A stretch of 64,000 nt of DNA. Origin: Azolla caroliniana (lineage: Eukaryota; Plantae; Polypodiophyta). This document shows positions 50,259-62,881 of the stretch, one piece after another. Location of the stretch: the NCBI GenBank assembly GCA_043228905.1, contig JBHGNT010000020.1, forward strand, positions 11,718,001-11,782,000, in the 5' to 3' direction. A program made the position numbers and the translations under genes. The notes beneath the pieces were generated by a model. The model was given only the letters and a program-made list of their open reading frames with translations. It searched no databases and had not been told where the DNA came from. The stretch's first letter is position 1. Every line of letters starts with the position of its first letter.

Positions 50259-52174
50259 ATGGTGAGTTCACCATACTTGCTCTTGGGTTTTTCATATGTT
50301 GAGTGTCCATGGATCCATGTGCATCCACAAGTTCAACACTCATGGTACCTTGTGATTTACAAACTTACCTTTAGGTATCATATTGTGGCGGTCACATGGA
50401 CCACACCCAAAGATGTGAAATGCTCAAGATGTGAAATGCTCTCAAGAATAGCCTCCTTTCTTTCCATTACGTTCCAAGTTACATTTTATAGACTGCTCTT
50501 AGCGTGGAGGGTGTTCTCCCGCTCCAATTAGCTCTTCTAATTATGGGGGCTTGGTAGGGGCCTAATTTGGGTGTGGCCCATGTGACCGCCACAATATTAT
50601 CATGTCTTAGGTTCCTTGTTTATATTCTTTTGCTCCTATTAATTTGGTCAAAGTTTGCATTCATTCCTTAGCTTTCCCTTTTGGGAAGGGTTATTCTAAG
50701 TACTTTAACTTATGTTCTTTAAGTCTTATGAGAGGCTAGCTTTGGGCTTCTCATTTTGTCACTCTAACACCATCACCCAAATCCATTGATTGCTTGATCT
50801 AGTAATTACTCATTTTTATACCATATTTTGTCTTCATGGCTTTCATGCTATTTAGAGTATGTTCTTTAGTTTTCTTGTGTTAGTTGGCCTAGATTTGTAT
50901 TAGCGTTTATCCTATTACAGGATTCCACATGTCCTCCACCTTACAAACGAAATACTTAGATTGATAGTAGTGGAGCTAGAAACAAATTTGGCAAGAACAC
51001 ACCATCATTTAGATTCACAAATTGGTTAATGCCTAGGTTGTCTAGGACCCAACCTCAATGTTGATAAATATATATACATACATAATAGAAAATATTTGCA
51101 AGCATAGTAAGTGGAGGGTTAAGAGGTCTAAATTAAAGGTTATGTTTATGAAGACTGAAAATAAGGGTATATCATGTTACGGTTAGAAAGCAATTAAACA
51201 TTTCGAAGGACACAAAAGCAAAATTTTGACTTTAATATTGAAGCACATTGTTGTCATAATTCTCTCTTGAAGTTGGTAAGTTCTTATTAAATTTCTCTCT
51301 TATTCATGAAAAATCTCTTTTATCTTGGTCCTATATGACGTCAAGGATAGAGGACATGAACATGAATTCCTCACAATCCATGGGGACATTGATGTGGGAA
51401 CAATTGCTACGAAAATGAGCAATATTATGCTAGATTGTAATCATTGAAGAATTGGGAAGTGCCAAACAACTTAAAATGTGTTGAGGAAATTGATATATGT
51501 TGAGAACATACATGTAGATGAGTGTCACAAGGATGATCCTAATCGGTATCATTTATGGAAGATTGCCAATACTTTGTGTAAAGGAAAAGGAAAATGAAAA
51601 TGAAGAAAATGAAAGCATTGATGAAGATGCGCATGACGTGGGCGTCAATGTTAAGAACGTTTGGTAATCTTTCAATACATTCTATAATCATGTGATTATC
51701 TTATTTCTATAAGGAAAATCCCATTCATAAATTGGATTAAACAATTGTTGGACACAATTGTATTGTTGACTTGTGCTAAGAACATAATGTAGACCCACAA
51801 GGGGTTTTTGATGTTGTATTCTGGTTCCATGAACATCCAAGTGCGTTGTTGCATAATGTTCTTGAGCTTTTTTATAAATTGTTGGCACATGTAATGTATT
51901 GGTTCTATGTCACGTGGATTATCAAGCTTTGTTAAAAAAATGAGAGCTTGATTTGGGGGACAATGGATTGCAAGCACATATTTTTGTGACTTGTTTTTTG
52001 ACAAGAGTTGATCAGTCAAATGTGTAAAGTGTTGGTATCACCATATGCAAATGCATCAAACAAGTGCAATTTTCGTATGTTATGGGATACAACTTGTAAA
52101 ATGCAAGGATGAGTTTGTATGGACACAGTTGGTATGAAATAACTTTTTTTAAAATTAAAGTGGGACACATTTGT

Positions 52175-53000
52175 GGGTCTTTGCTTTGGATGTGGTGAAT
52201 GGGGTCACTTTATGGCCAATTGCCAACATCGTCCTCCTTTGTATTTAGAAATCCCTAATGAAGGGGTTAGTAAATAAGGATTTAGGAGAGATGTTGGACT
52301 CTTTGATGTTGTGATGGTTATGGGTGAAGGAACATCATTTAGAGGTGGGAATGATATCTCACTTTGAAGTCCTGAGATCAAGGATAAGGAAACCAATTAG
52401 TTGATTTGCTAAAGTTAAGTCCAAGTCTAATGGATAAGGGTAAACAAAGAATTGATAAGCTTAACATTATGTTAAAGATAAGACAAAGGGGAAATCAGTG
52501 AATATGCAACGAATGTCTTGCATGCTATTCATGATACTAATTCACAAGGTAGTCTAGGAACAAGGGAGGGGTCTTCAAAAGCTCCTTGGTAGTGAGAATT
52601 TAGAAATACACGATTGCCCCTTCAACTTCAATTTAATTTAGTTGGTCGGGTTGTAAGTCAATCCAAATCCTCGATTGTCATGTTGGAGGACCAAAACAAA
52701 AGGTTAGTGATGGAGGGATGTGGTGCATGAAAACCCATATGTAGTGTTGAAACATGCTTTGAACAGTTCCATGACATCATTTTTTGGAATGAGCAAGGGA
52801 TCCCATAAGATAGTTGATTGGATGAAATTGGCAACATCAAATATGACGGGGGTTCTTCATTAGACATATATATATTATGGGAAACTTTATTAAGTAGAGA
52901 ATGGTCTATATGATGTGTTGTAGTGTAGAATTATCATAAGTTAGCAGGAACCATAATCCATTTGCATGGATATTCCTCATTCTATGCATGTGATCTTAAT
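52175..53000 (+). mobile_element. Highly decayed retroelement fragment with a CCHC zinc knuckle
   Basis: About 52182-52226 (+) reads CFGCGEWGHFMANC. The rest is weak. Confidence 0.35.
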
Positions 53001-53150
53001 AGCATTACTCAAGTGTGGTAGTGATTGTGCGGGATAAGTATCATCCTCAAGTTTTGTGTACGATCACTTTTATGTTGTAGAAATCACTCATTTTATGAGG
53101 TTGTATGGTTAATAAGAATTTAGGCCCCTATCCTCGCTACTCAATGTATT

Positions 53151-53532
53151 TGTTGTCTGTCTGGCTGGACTAGCCTCAACACAGGTGTCTACCCGACATT
53201 TCTCCAAAGGGGTGGTAAGGATTGGATGCTAGGTTACACGCATAAGATGATTATAATTAAGCACGGACGGCAAACAATACGAGATACAGATAAATACACA
53301 ATAATTACTATTGTATTACTTCCGTCCAAAACTTTACAAATCATCGGATCCTTTTATAGGCATCCGGCAAGGTTACAATCGGTGCGCTTAGGCAACCGAC
53401 ATCCGAATCGGTTCGGATCCGGATCGGTACAACTGTACCGAATCCGTCCCAAATAATAATTCTACTATTACTTCCTATTATCCGATCCGATTCCGCCTTC
53501 CCACTTGTCCTTGCTCTTCTGACCGGCCAACA
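53151..53532 (-). repeat. 3' LTR
   Basis: Near-identical to 62882-63263. Confidence 0.97.
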
Positions 53533-53582
53533 CATGGCACGCCCGTGGGAAAGTGCCTTGCACTTCGAATCCACTCCCGGCC

Positions 53583-56486
53583 TCAGTCTTCCTCCAAAAT
53601 ATTGAGCACACTTTGCTCGATAGTGTCAAGTGGTGCTTCTTCCTCCTGTTCCTGTTCCTTGCTTGCCTGGTCTCCGACCTCCTGTTGGGTAGGCTGTTCC
53701 GTAAAAATTTCCTGCTCCGGCTCTGCTTGATTCCGTGGTGCCGGTGCTTCCTCACCGCTTCGTCCGGGTTCTTCCTGTTCTCCCTCCGTTCCTGGCTCTG
53801 TTCTGTTACCGGTGTGGCTTTCTCCGGTCTCGACTGGTCGACTTGATATGCCTCCTTCCTCTGCCCTGGTGTCTTCCGGTCTCAGCTCTTCTTCTTCTCC
53901 GGCATCGGTCCGCTCCTGCTCTTCTTCAAGTTCGTCTTCAGGTATTCCTCGTCGGGGTTGTTCGGTGTCGGTTGGTTCATCTTCAGCCGGTCGCGTTCCC
54001 TCACCAATAGTGGTTGGCGTCGTTCTTCCCTTAGCTTCCTGTCGTAACCGGTCCTGCTCGTATCTCTCCAACTCCAACTGAGTTGCGAGCTGCCCGTCAT
54101 CCAACCTCTCTACCAACCCTCGGATTTCTTTGAGGTGTTCTTCTGCTAAAGTGTAGAAATCCTCCGACAATTCCTCCCGAATGGCGACGATACTTTCTTC
54201 ATCCATCTTGTAGAACCTGTCGCCGGTCTTCTTCCGATTCTTGGCATCCGCTCGGAGTGTCTGCAGCTCGGCTGCCTGTTGTGACCACTCCTTCCATAGC
54301 TTTTCCGTACTTTCGTTGATACTTGCCTGAGCTCGGGTACTCCATCCTGACATGATGAGCTTGATCCGGTCAACTCCTGCCTTAGCATGCGCATAAGCTT
54401 CCTGCTTTTCCTTCCTTGCCCATTTTATAATGTCGGCCATTATCTGAGCCTGGGCCTCGTAATCTGCTTTCTGCTTTTCATAGGTACTCTGCAGTTTGCT
54501 GATCGTGAAGGTCGATTTTTCCTTTTCTTCATTCCTGATCTTGGTCAGGTCCAGCTTTTCCCGCCTTAGCGCCTCTAATTCCTTCCTTCTCTCTGTTGCT
54601 TGGGCTATTTCCGCCGACAATGCTTCCTTGTTGGCACTGACCTCATCCATCGCCTTAGCTAGGTCTAATCGGGTCTCTTTGAGCTGCTCTTTCAGCTTCT
54701 CTATTTGCCGGTCGTAGTCTGCTGCTCGTTTTTTGTTGTCCGACTCGGCCTGCTTGTGATCTCGGTAGAGACGGTCGAAGTCCTCCGTCTTCTGCTTCAG
54801 GCGTCGGGTTGCCTGAGCTCTTAACCGATCGTCCCGGTCCTTCTGTTGTCGGAGTTCTTCCTACAGTCGTTCTATCTCTTGTTCGGCATGTCGACGTAGT
54901 CGGTCTTTCTCCTTCTGCAGCTTCTCTTTTTCTTCTTGCAGTCGGTCATTAGCGGCTCGACCTTTCCGGAGGCCTTCTTCCATTTTTCGTCTGTCATCCT
55001 CCACCGCTTTCTGCTGCTCCCTTTCTCTTTCCCTTAATGCATCCTGAGCTTGTAACTCCTCTCGTAAGGTTTCTATTATTTTTTCGGTCTCAGGGCCGGT
55101 TTGCAAGGCTACCGGTTCCGGTTCCGGTTCTGGTTGCTTCCTTGTTGTCCCGACCGGCTCGGTGACAGCTTGTGCTTGTTGAATTCCTTCCCTTGCCTGC
55201 AACAACTCCCCTTGCATTTCCTCGATCTGTGTTCGGAGCGCGACCAACTCCTGAGTTGTTGTATGCGTCAGCTGTTGCCGACACGTTTCTTCTTTCTCTA
55301 ACTGGTCCGCTACTCCCGATAACTGCTCCGAAAGCCATCTCAGCCATTGTGGCTTTGTTCTTCCGATTTCGGGGTGGCCTTGCTCACTTAAGCCAGGCTG
55401 ATTTTCCGGCCTCTTCTCTGGCTCTGGCTCTAGCGCTCGTTCCTTCTTCTTCTCTGGGATGACCGGTTTTCTGAAGTCCGGCCCAACCGGTGTCGGTGCT
55501 GCTTCCCTGGGTACGGGTTCCGGTGCTGTTTCCGCCTCGGCTACTGGAGATGGTCCTTGCGCCCTCTGCTGAATTCTGTCCACTGGTGGAGCCGGTCCTT
55601 TCGCCCGTTTCTCCCGACCTTGTCTTGCTGGGAGTCTTACCAGTGGTTCGGATGAGTCTTCTATTTCAGTTTCCTCCTCCGGTGCGGTTTCCAGACGGAC
55701 CTTTTGTTTAGAGACCTCTGGTTCCGGTTCCGGCCGTCGCAGCGTTATATGGATTGGTTTGCGCGCTACCGGTTCCTCCTCGGCCGCTTTCCCTTTGCCT
55801 TTACCTGCCGGTTTTGCCTTTGTTGCCGGTTCCTGTTGCTGTCGGGATGGTCCTTCCCCCTGCTGTTCTGCTTCTTGCGGGGTCCATCCGGGGGTGTGTT
55901 TCTCCAAGATCTGTCGGCGCTTTGTGACCTTTTTCGGCGTCGTCTCCTGCCGACCTCTTTTCTTTTGTGTGATGGGGAGTACCGGTGGGACTAACACCGT
56001 TAGCCATTGTGCTATCCCGGCCCATGGCTTTTTTCCTTCCACCAGATTTTTGATGGCCTCCTTCAATCCTTCGGTTATGAAATGGAGCCAGTCTATTTGT
56101 AAGCCCTCGTACGCTGCTATCAAGAATGCTGCCCGATACTTGGCTATGGCTGGGGGACGGGGATTCACGAATCCGTATTCCATCATAGCGCGGGCCACTT
56201 CTCCGAACAGCAGGTTCTCTCCGCCCTGCGTTCGGTACGCCTTGCTGCTGATAGAGTATTCCCCGAAATATTCGAACAGGATTTCACTGGAAGGGTTTTC
56301 GATTGTTTGCAGTCCTCCTGCTTTGATCCCCGTGAGTGCCTGCACCGCTCCTTCCGTGACTTCTGATATATCGATCGATGCTGCCGCCTGCTCTAGTTCT
56401 GCGTGTGGTGGAGCGTCGGCGATCCGCAGCAAGCCTTTTAACCCGTTCTCCCTCATCCATTGGCGTGCCTCTTCCGACAGTACCAT
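53583..56486 (-). CDS. Extra retrotransposon ORF (about 967 codons, one internal TAG at 54861-54863): globular N-terminus, Pro/Glu-rich linker, long coiled coil, acidic tail
   Basis: The 541-aa and 355-aa ORFs share one frame, and the 70 codons between them are open (EELRQQKDRDDRLRAQ...). Confidence 0.8.
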
Positions 56487-56622
56487 TGCTTCGAATTATT
56501 CGTCTGCTGCCTGGTGTTCGGGATCGCGCTGTGTGTGCTCTGTGCGTCGGGTCGCTCTTCTGTGCTTCTGCGCCTGTATGTAGGAAAATTCGTAAAACGT
56601 GAGCCCTTCGCAGGCCTGTGTC

Positions 56623-56630
56623 TTATATAG
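56623..56630 (-). promoter_or_regulatory. Candidate internal TATA box for the extra ORF
   Basis: CTATATAA lies about 140 nt upstream of ATG 56486, with ACGTG motifs further upstream (about 56727-56862). Confidence 0.4.
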
Positions 56631-56931
56631 TGGGTTGTGCCTCGAGCCGTCCTTTTTCGTTTCCCACGCATGTTCCTCTCCCGCCATAATTAGTATGTCC
56701 TTTCTTGTTTGCCGCGTGTGAGTGCCCACGTTCCCTACTTTAAATAGCAAGTCCGCACACGTCCTTCTTTAATGCATGGCGCCTCTTCGTTGCATGGTGG
56801 CGCTCCCACCTCTTGTGATCTCCCCATCATTACGATGATTCGCGTCGATTCTGCCCACGTCATTTTTTATTTTATTTGATTATTATATATATATATATAT
56901 ATATATATTTCTTTCTTTTGCTTGGACCACG

Positions 56932-59900
56932 TCATTTGCTGGTCCCCCCCGATTTGTTCGGGTCGGTTCGTGTGGATACCGGATCCTTCTGTCGGTTTTC
57001 CGGGATGGTCCTCGTCAGTATCGGTGTCGGTTCTTCCTCGGTCCGAATGTCTTCGGCAGCGTCTGTCGGTGTCGGTTCCTCATCTTGCCGGATTTCCGGG
57101 TTTCGCTTGAACGTGTTGGCTGGCATATTTCCTTTATACGGCTTTAGCCGAAATCCATTTGCCCACTTGCCGATGACATCTCCAGACAACGTACCGAGCT
57201 GATACGACCCATTGTACTCCTTGGTGATCCAGAACGGTCCGGTCCATCGAAACCGCAACTTTCCCGGCATGTTCCCCATCCTTGTTTGGAATAGTAGCAC
57301 CGGTTTCCCGACTTCGAACTCCTTTTCATTGCCACGCCGGTGTCGGTCCACGAAGGCTTTTCTCCTCCTTTGCTCCAGTTCGAGTTGTAGTAAGCTGGCT
57401 ATTCGGTTTTCCTCTAATTCCAACAGCGTTGCCAGTCGGATTCGTTCGGACTCGTTCTCACTTAAGCGCTCCTTTACCTGAATCCGTAAGCTGGGGATCT
57501 GGAACTCTACCGGCATGACCGCTTCTAACCCGAATGCTAGTCGGAACGGGGTTGTCCGGATGCTGGTTTTGTACGTTGTTCGGTACGCCCATAGCGCGCT
57601 TTGCAATTTCGTATCCCAGTCGGTCCGGTTCTCGTTGACGATTTTTCGTAGGATGTTCTGCAGAGTTTTGTTCGTTGATTCCGCTAGTCCATTGGCTTGA
57701 GGGTAGTAGGGTGTACTCTTTTTATTTACCACCGCGTAAAATGACGTCAGGCTTTCTACTACCTGCCCGAGAAAATGTCCTCCTTGGTCACTTATAAGCT
57801 CGATCGGGCATCCATACCGGCACCATATGCATTCATACAGAAACTTTGCCGTGGAAGCGGCCGTGTTGTCCCGTAAGGCCTTTGCTTCTACCCATTTGGT
57901 GCAATAGTCGGTCGCCACTATGACATACCGATTTCCGGTTCGCATTGCCGGTGGTTTGAAGGGACCGACAAAGTCCAACCCCCACTTTTGAAACGGTTCT
58001 AAGGGCAAGACCGGGTGGTGTGGCATCCGAGCCTGCTCTGTGGGTTGGCCTAGTCGTTGACACAAATCACATTCTCTGCTATACTTCACGGCATCTTTTA
58101 GGGTGGTCGGCCACCACAGTCCGCTCTGCCATATTTTCCGAGCGGTTGCGTCGCCGGCATAATGCCCTCCGGCAATTCCACAGTGGGCTTCCCTGAGGAT
58201 TAGATCCTTCTCATCGCTCCGCACTGCTCGTCTCCAGATGCCATCTGCCCCCTTGTGATAGAGGGTGTCTCTAACCAAGCAGAAATGTCTACTTCTTACT
58301 GCTACCCTTTTCCTTTCATCGCGGTCCATGTTGTCCGGGGGAACTCCGGTGCTCAGGAACTGGTGCATTTCAGTTAGCCATGTGTCTTCGTCGGCTACCG
58401 TTGTATCCGTTGCCGGTTTCGTCGTGATCCGGAACAATTCGGCGTCGGGAAACTCATCCTGGACTCCGTTCCCTGCTTCTCCGGATTCAAGTCTGCTTAG
58501 ATAGTCCGCTACCGCATGCTACGCCCCGGGTCGGTGGAAAATGTCGAATTCAAATTCCTGTAGTAGCAGTGTCCACCGTGCAATTTTTCCCGTTAGGGAT
58601 GCCTTCGAGACCAGGTAGAGTAGTGCCGAATGGTCGACATGGAAGGAAAACTTCCTTCCGAGCAGATAGTGCCTGTACTTTGTGACACTATACACCATTC
58701 CCAATGCCTCGCGTTCCGTCGTAGAGTAATTCCGTTCGGCTTTTGAGAGTTTCTGGCTTGCGTAGTACACCGGTCGGTACCATTTCGGCTCTGTGAGTTG
58801 CATCAGAACGCTGCCGATTGCTACGTCCAACGCGTCGACGAAGACGTGAAAGCTTTTACTCCAATCCGGCGGTTGCACCACCGGAGCTTGCGACAGCATG
58901 ACCTTCAACGCTTTGTAGGCTTCCTCCTCCGTCTCTGCCCATAGGAAGGGTACCCTATGTACGGCGGTATGTAACGGTGTAGCGAAGTCCGCGAGGTGCC
59001 GTATCATCCGGCTATGCCACCTTATTTGGCCCAGGAACTGGCTTAAAGCCTTTGCGTTACTTGGTGCTGGTGCATCGAGAATCGCCTTGACTTTATCCGG
59101 ATCTACCGCGATTCCTTCCTTACTCACCACGTGCCCTAGCAAGTTGCCGCTTGCCACTCCAAAGACGCACTTGGCCGGATTCAGGCTCAATCGGTACTCG
59201 CGGCACTTCTCCAAGCACAGTCGGAGGTGATCGAGATGCTCTCCGTGCCGGCTGTAGACCGCGAAATCGTCAAGGAAGACCTGCATAAAACCGGGGATAT
59301 ATTCCCCGAAAATTTCCATTATTATCCTTTGAAAGGTCGCTGGAGCCGTTTTCAGTCTGAACATCATCACGACCGCGATGAACACTCCCCATTCCGTCAC
59401 GAACGCTGTCTTCTCTTGGTCGGCCGGGTTCATTCGTATTTGGTTGTAGCCGCTAAATCCATCCAGGAAGCTGTAAACTTCGTGCCCGGCTACCGCATCT
59501 AACACCCCGTCCGTAAATGGTAGTGGAAACGCATCGGTCACTGTTGCGGCATTTAGTTTTCGGTAGTCCACGCATACCCGGATTTTTCCGTTCTTTTTCG
59601 GGACTACCACTATCGGACTCAGCCAGGTTGCCTGCTTGACCGGTCGGATAAATCCGACCCGGAGGAGCTTATCAATTTCCTCCTTCACCTTTGCCGCATA
59701 ATTCGGATTCATCCGGTACCTGCGTTGAGCAATCGGTTTCGCGTCCGTACTTAGGTGAATTTGGTGCTGATAGAGCTGGGGGTCCAGCCCTCGCATGTCT
59801 TCGTACGACCACGTGAACACATCCTTGAAGTCTGTTAACAATGCTACCATTGCCTTCTTTTCTTCCTTCGGCAATTCCTTTGCAACATTTACCGGTCGGG

Positions 59901-62829
59901 GCTTGTCTGTTGTGCCGAGGTCCACCTCCTCGAGTTGGGATGCTTTTACCCTCTGGGATATCGTCATTTCCCTCTCTAGGGATTCCTGCGCTTGTCGTAG
60001 TTCCCGGATCGCCGCTTGGTCCGGTTTTTCCGGCGTCGTAATGTACGGTTCTACTGCCGCCGTGATATCCACCTCAAATAGTGGGACGATTCGTGGGTGT
60101 TCCTCGAGGTACCGCTCGACTTCCTCGTCCGGTAATCCCTCCAACATGTTAATGCTTTCCACATATAATGGAGTTGCTTCCTTACTGGTGATCACCCGTG
60201 GTTGCGTCGTTACTCGTACCTTTGTTTTCCCTCGCCGGAATGTGATTATGTTCTTTTGCCAGTTCTGCTTGATATGCGCCGTTCGCAGCCATGGTCGTCC
60301 TAGCAGTAGGGGGTACGCGCCTTGTACATTCAGCTGCAGCACCACGGCCGATATTCGGAATACGTGGCCTCCGATCGTGATTTCCAAATCCCGGATAAGC
60401 CCGGTCGGTCGGACTGAGCTAGTATCCGCCATGCGTAACCAGAAGGGGCATGGTTCCCATTCCCGGATGCCCAGGTCGTTGCATGTCTGTTGGCTGATGA
60501 CATTTACCCCGGAGCCTCCGTCAATAATCGTTCCAGCAATTTCCTTTCCTTTCACGATTGTCGTGATCGCCGGGCTACTTGTATCGACCACCGCTGGTCC
60601 TTCCTCCGGGTTGGAGAAGAATGTCGGTGCTGGCGTCGGCTTCGGTTTGCGGACGGATGCATGTAGGTCTGCCGTAAATCGTGGCACTAACTGTAGTAGT
60701 CATGCTAACGGCAGCACGATTTGACAGTCCTGTAGCGCTTGCCACGTCGGGTTTTCTCCTGGCTGTATGATTTCTTCATCTTTTGGCATATTTTGGTCTC
60801 TTACTTCTGCCGCATTCTGTTCATTGGCCTCCTTGATCCATTGTGTCGCTTGTTTTCTGATTGCCTCCTGGGCTTCCCACTCGGCGGTCTTTCCCTTTGA
60901 TCGGGTTGTGACCTGCTGTACTTCTGTTATTTCGGCTGTAACCATGTTGACTTCCGGCTGCTTGTCATAGCTTTTGCTTGGGCATTGGTTACTATAGTGG
61001 CCTTCCTTGCGGCAGTAATAACAGTACACCTTGTGACTGTTGCTCGTTTCTCCTTTGTCCCTGGTTTGGAGGGTGGGTATGCTCCGGCGGTCGTCTTCGG
61101 TTTTTCGGTTATCCGGTACGGATACCGGGTTGTCATTCCTTGCTGCCTCCCGACGTTCCTCTCTTCAGAAAAATCCACGCTTCTGATTCCGTCGGAAATT
61201 TCGGTTCCCTTGTCGCCTCTCTTCTCTGCGTCGGTCGTATTCCGGGGCTCCGTCTCGGTCGTACCGGTCCCGGGGGTAGCTATCTTTGCGTCTCTCCTCT
61301 CGGTCATAGTTGTCGCGTCTTCTATCAGCGTATCCTTGTCGCCTCTCTTCTCCGCGTCTGTCGTCTTCCGGGGATTCATCTCTGTCGTACCGGTCCCGGG
61401 GGTAGCTATCTCTGCGTCTCTCCTCTCGGTCATAGTTGTCGCGTCTTCTATCAGCGTATATGTTACTGCGTTCGCGTTGGTAGCGGTCGTCTCTCCGGAA
61501 TCGATCCTCGTCCGGGTTCTGATTGCGCGGTTCTATGTGTCGAACCGGTGCTGCCTGCCGATTTAACAGGTTGTATTCGCATCGGTCCGTTGTATGGGCT
61601 CGAGAGTTGCAGATCACACATTGTGTCCGCAGGGTGCAGTCTACTGTTGAGTGCCCCGAATTTAGGCATGTTGTACATTGTAAGGCCTGTCGGAACCTCA
61701 GGTCTTCCTCTTTTGGGAGTGCCCGGTGTAACATCCCCATCGACAAGAAGGGGCTAGTCTTGTCCATTTCTAAAACCCGATCAATCACTTGGTCCATTGT
61801 GCTGGTTTGGAAATCAAGGACTCCGCACATTGTTCGAAGTGGCTCTTTCAGTGCGGCCAGAAAGACTGCTTTGGCTTCGTCTTCGGGTGGTGCTCTTGTC
61901 AGTTGGCTGTGCAGGGTCTGGAACCGAATGATGAATTGTGGCATAGTCTCGTTCTCTTCCTGCCGGGTGGTGTAGAACTGCCCGACCAATTCCCTTTGCT
62001 CAAATTGTCTGTGAAAAAACTTGAGGAATCTGGCCTTCAAGGCATCGAATGTGGCAAAGGTGCCTGATAAGTGCTTTGCATGCCATTGGGCCGCCGGTCC
62101 TTCTAAGGTTATGCCGAATTCGGCGATTTTGGATCATTCGGCTTCGGGCTCCGTCAGTCTTTGGGAGATATGGTTGGCTTCCCATGTTTGGAGGAATGCG
62201 TACACGTGTGCCTCCGCGTCGGCCTCATCCCGGTACTTTGGGTATGGGTACGGCATCGTGTCGTCCAACTGACTCTCCTGTTCCCTCCGTTCTCTGTCCG
62301 CTGTTGGCGTTGGTGTGAGAACCTTTGGTTCCTCCGCGGGTGTTGCCGGTGTCCGGTCCGTTGGTTCCTCCGCGGGTGTTGTCGGTATCCGGTCAGCCTT
62401 CCTCGGCGGTTGCCGGTCACCAAATTCCAGGGTTATTTCTTCCTCTGGCGCCGGTGTTACTGAGTCTTCCGACCCCTCGTCCTCCCGGTCGTTTGGTGTG
62501 TCGTGGCTGCTTTTATACCGGGATGCAACGCTTCCGTCGCTTTCCGACTCCGCCTCAAGTGTTGCGAATGCTTCCGAGTCCCCGTCGCCCACGGCGAGCG
62601 TCTGCAGTATCGTTTTCGCCTCTTGCAGGCTTGTTATGCTACTGCCTTCGTCGGGGATTTGCAGAACCCGGAACTGCAGTGCTTCTTCTGCGACTCTCCG
62701 AAGAGTTTTGGAGAATGACCGATCCCGCCGGATCTCGTCGACGGCTTGCTGCAGGGCTTCCCGTCGTTGCTCGCGTTCGGTGTATCGTCTCCCTCGTTCG
62801 GTGATGTGGTCGTCATTTGGTCTAGACAT
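56932..62829 (-). pseudogene. gag-pol polyprotein in a single frame with four premature stops (62134, 61165, 60700, 58519)
   Basis: Three CCHC knuckles, protease IIDGGSGVN, RT CVDYRKLN...FLDGFSGYNQI...FLDDF, RNase H, and integrase with H-H-C-C, WGLDFVGP, ISDQGGHF and WTGPF. Confidence 0.95.
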
Positions 62830-62865
62830 CCATCCCCCGGTTGTCCTCTGCACTTTGCAGGAATC

Positions 62866-62875
62866 GTGGTCGCCA
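62866..62875 (-). other. Primer binding site (TGGCGACCAC, tRNA-Arg-like)
   Basis: Lies 6 nt inside the 5' LTR boundary and is complementary to a tRNA 3' end GUGGUCGCCA. The tRNA identity is from memory. Confidence 0.6.
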
Positions 62876-62881
62876 AAATAG

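Noticed and set aside
51696-52019. Possible DNA-transposon or Helitron protein remnant
   Set aside because: No diagnostic motif is recognisable, so it is too decayed to call.
56496-56750. Upstream in-frame extension of the extra ORF (MAGEEH...)
   Set aside because: It is separated by TAA and overlaps the candidate TATA box, so it is more simply read as promoter/5' UTR. Not fully excluded.
61160-61180. GGATTTT slippery heptamer at the end of the 291-aa gag ORF as a programmed frameshift
   Set aside because: The downstream zinc knuckle and pol are in the same frame as gag, and the -1 frame closes quickly. A CGA-to-TGA mutation explains it.
55759-62881. Long + strand ORFs (274, 309, 259, 193, 188 aa) in the gypsy element
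   Set aside because: They are antisense shadows of GC-rich gag-pol and extra-ORF coding sequence and have no motifs of their own.
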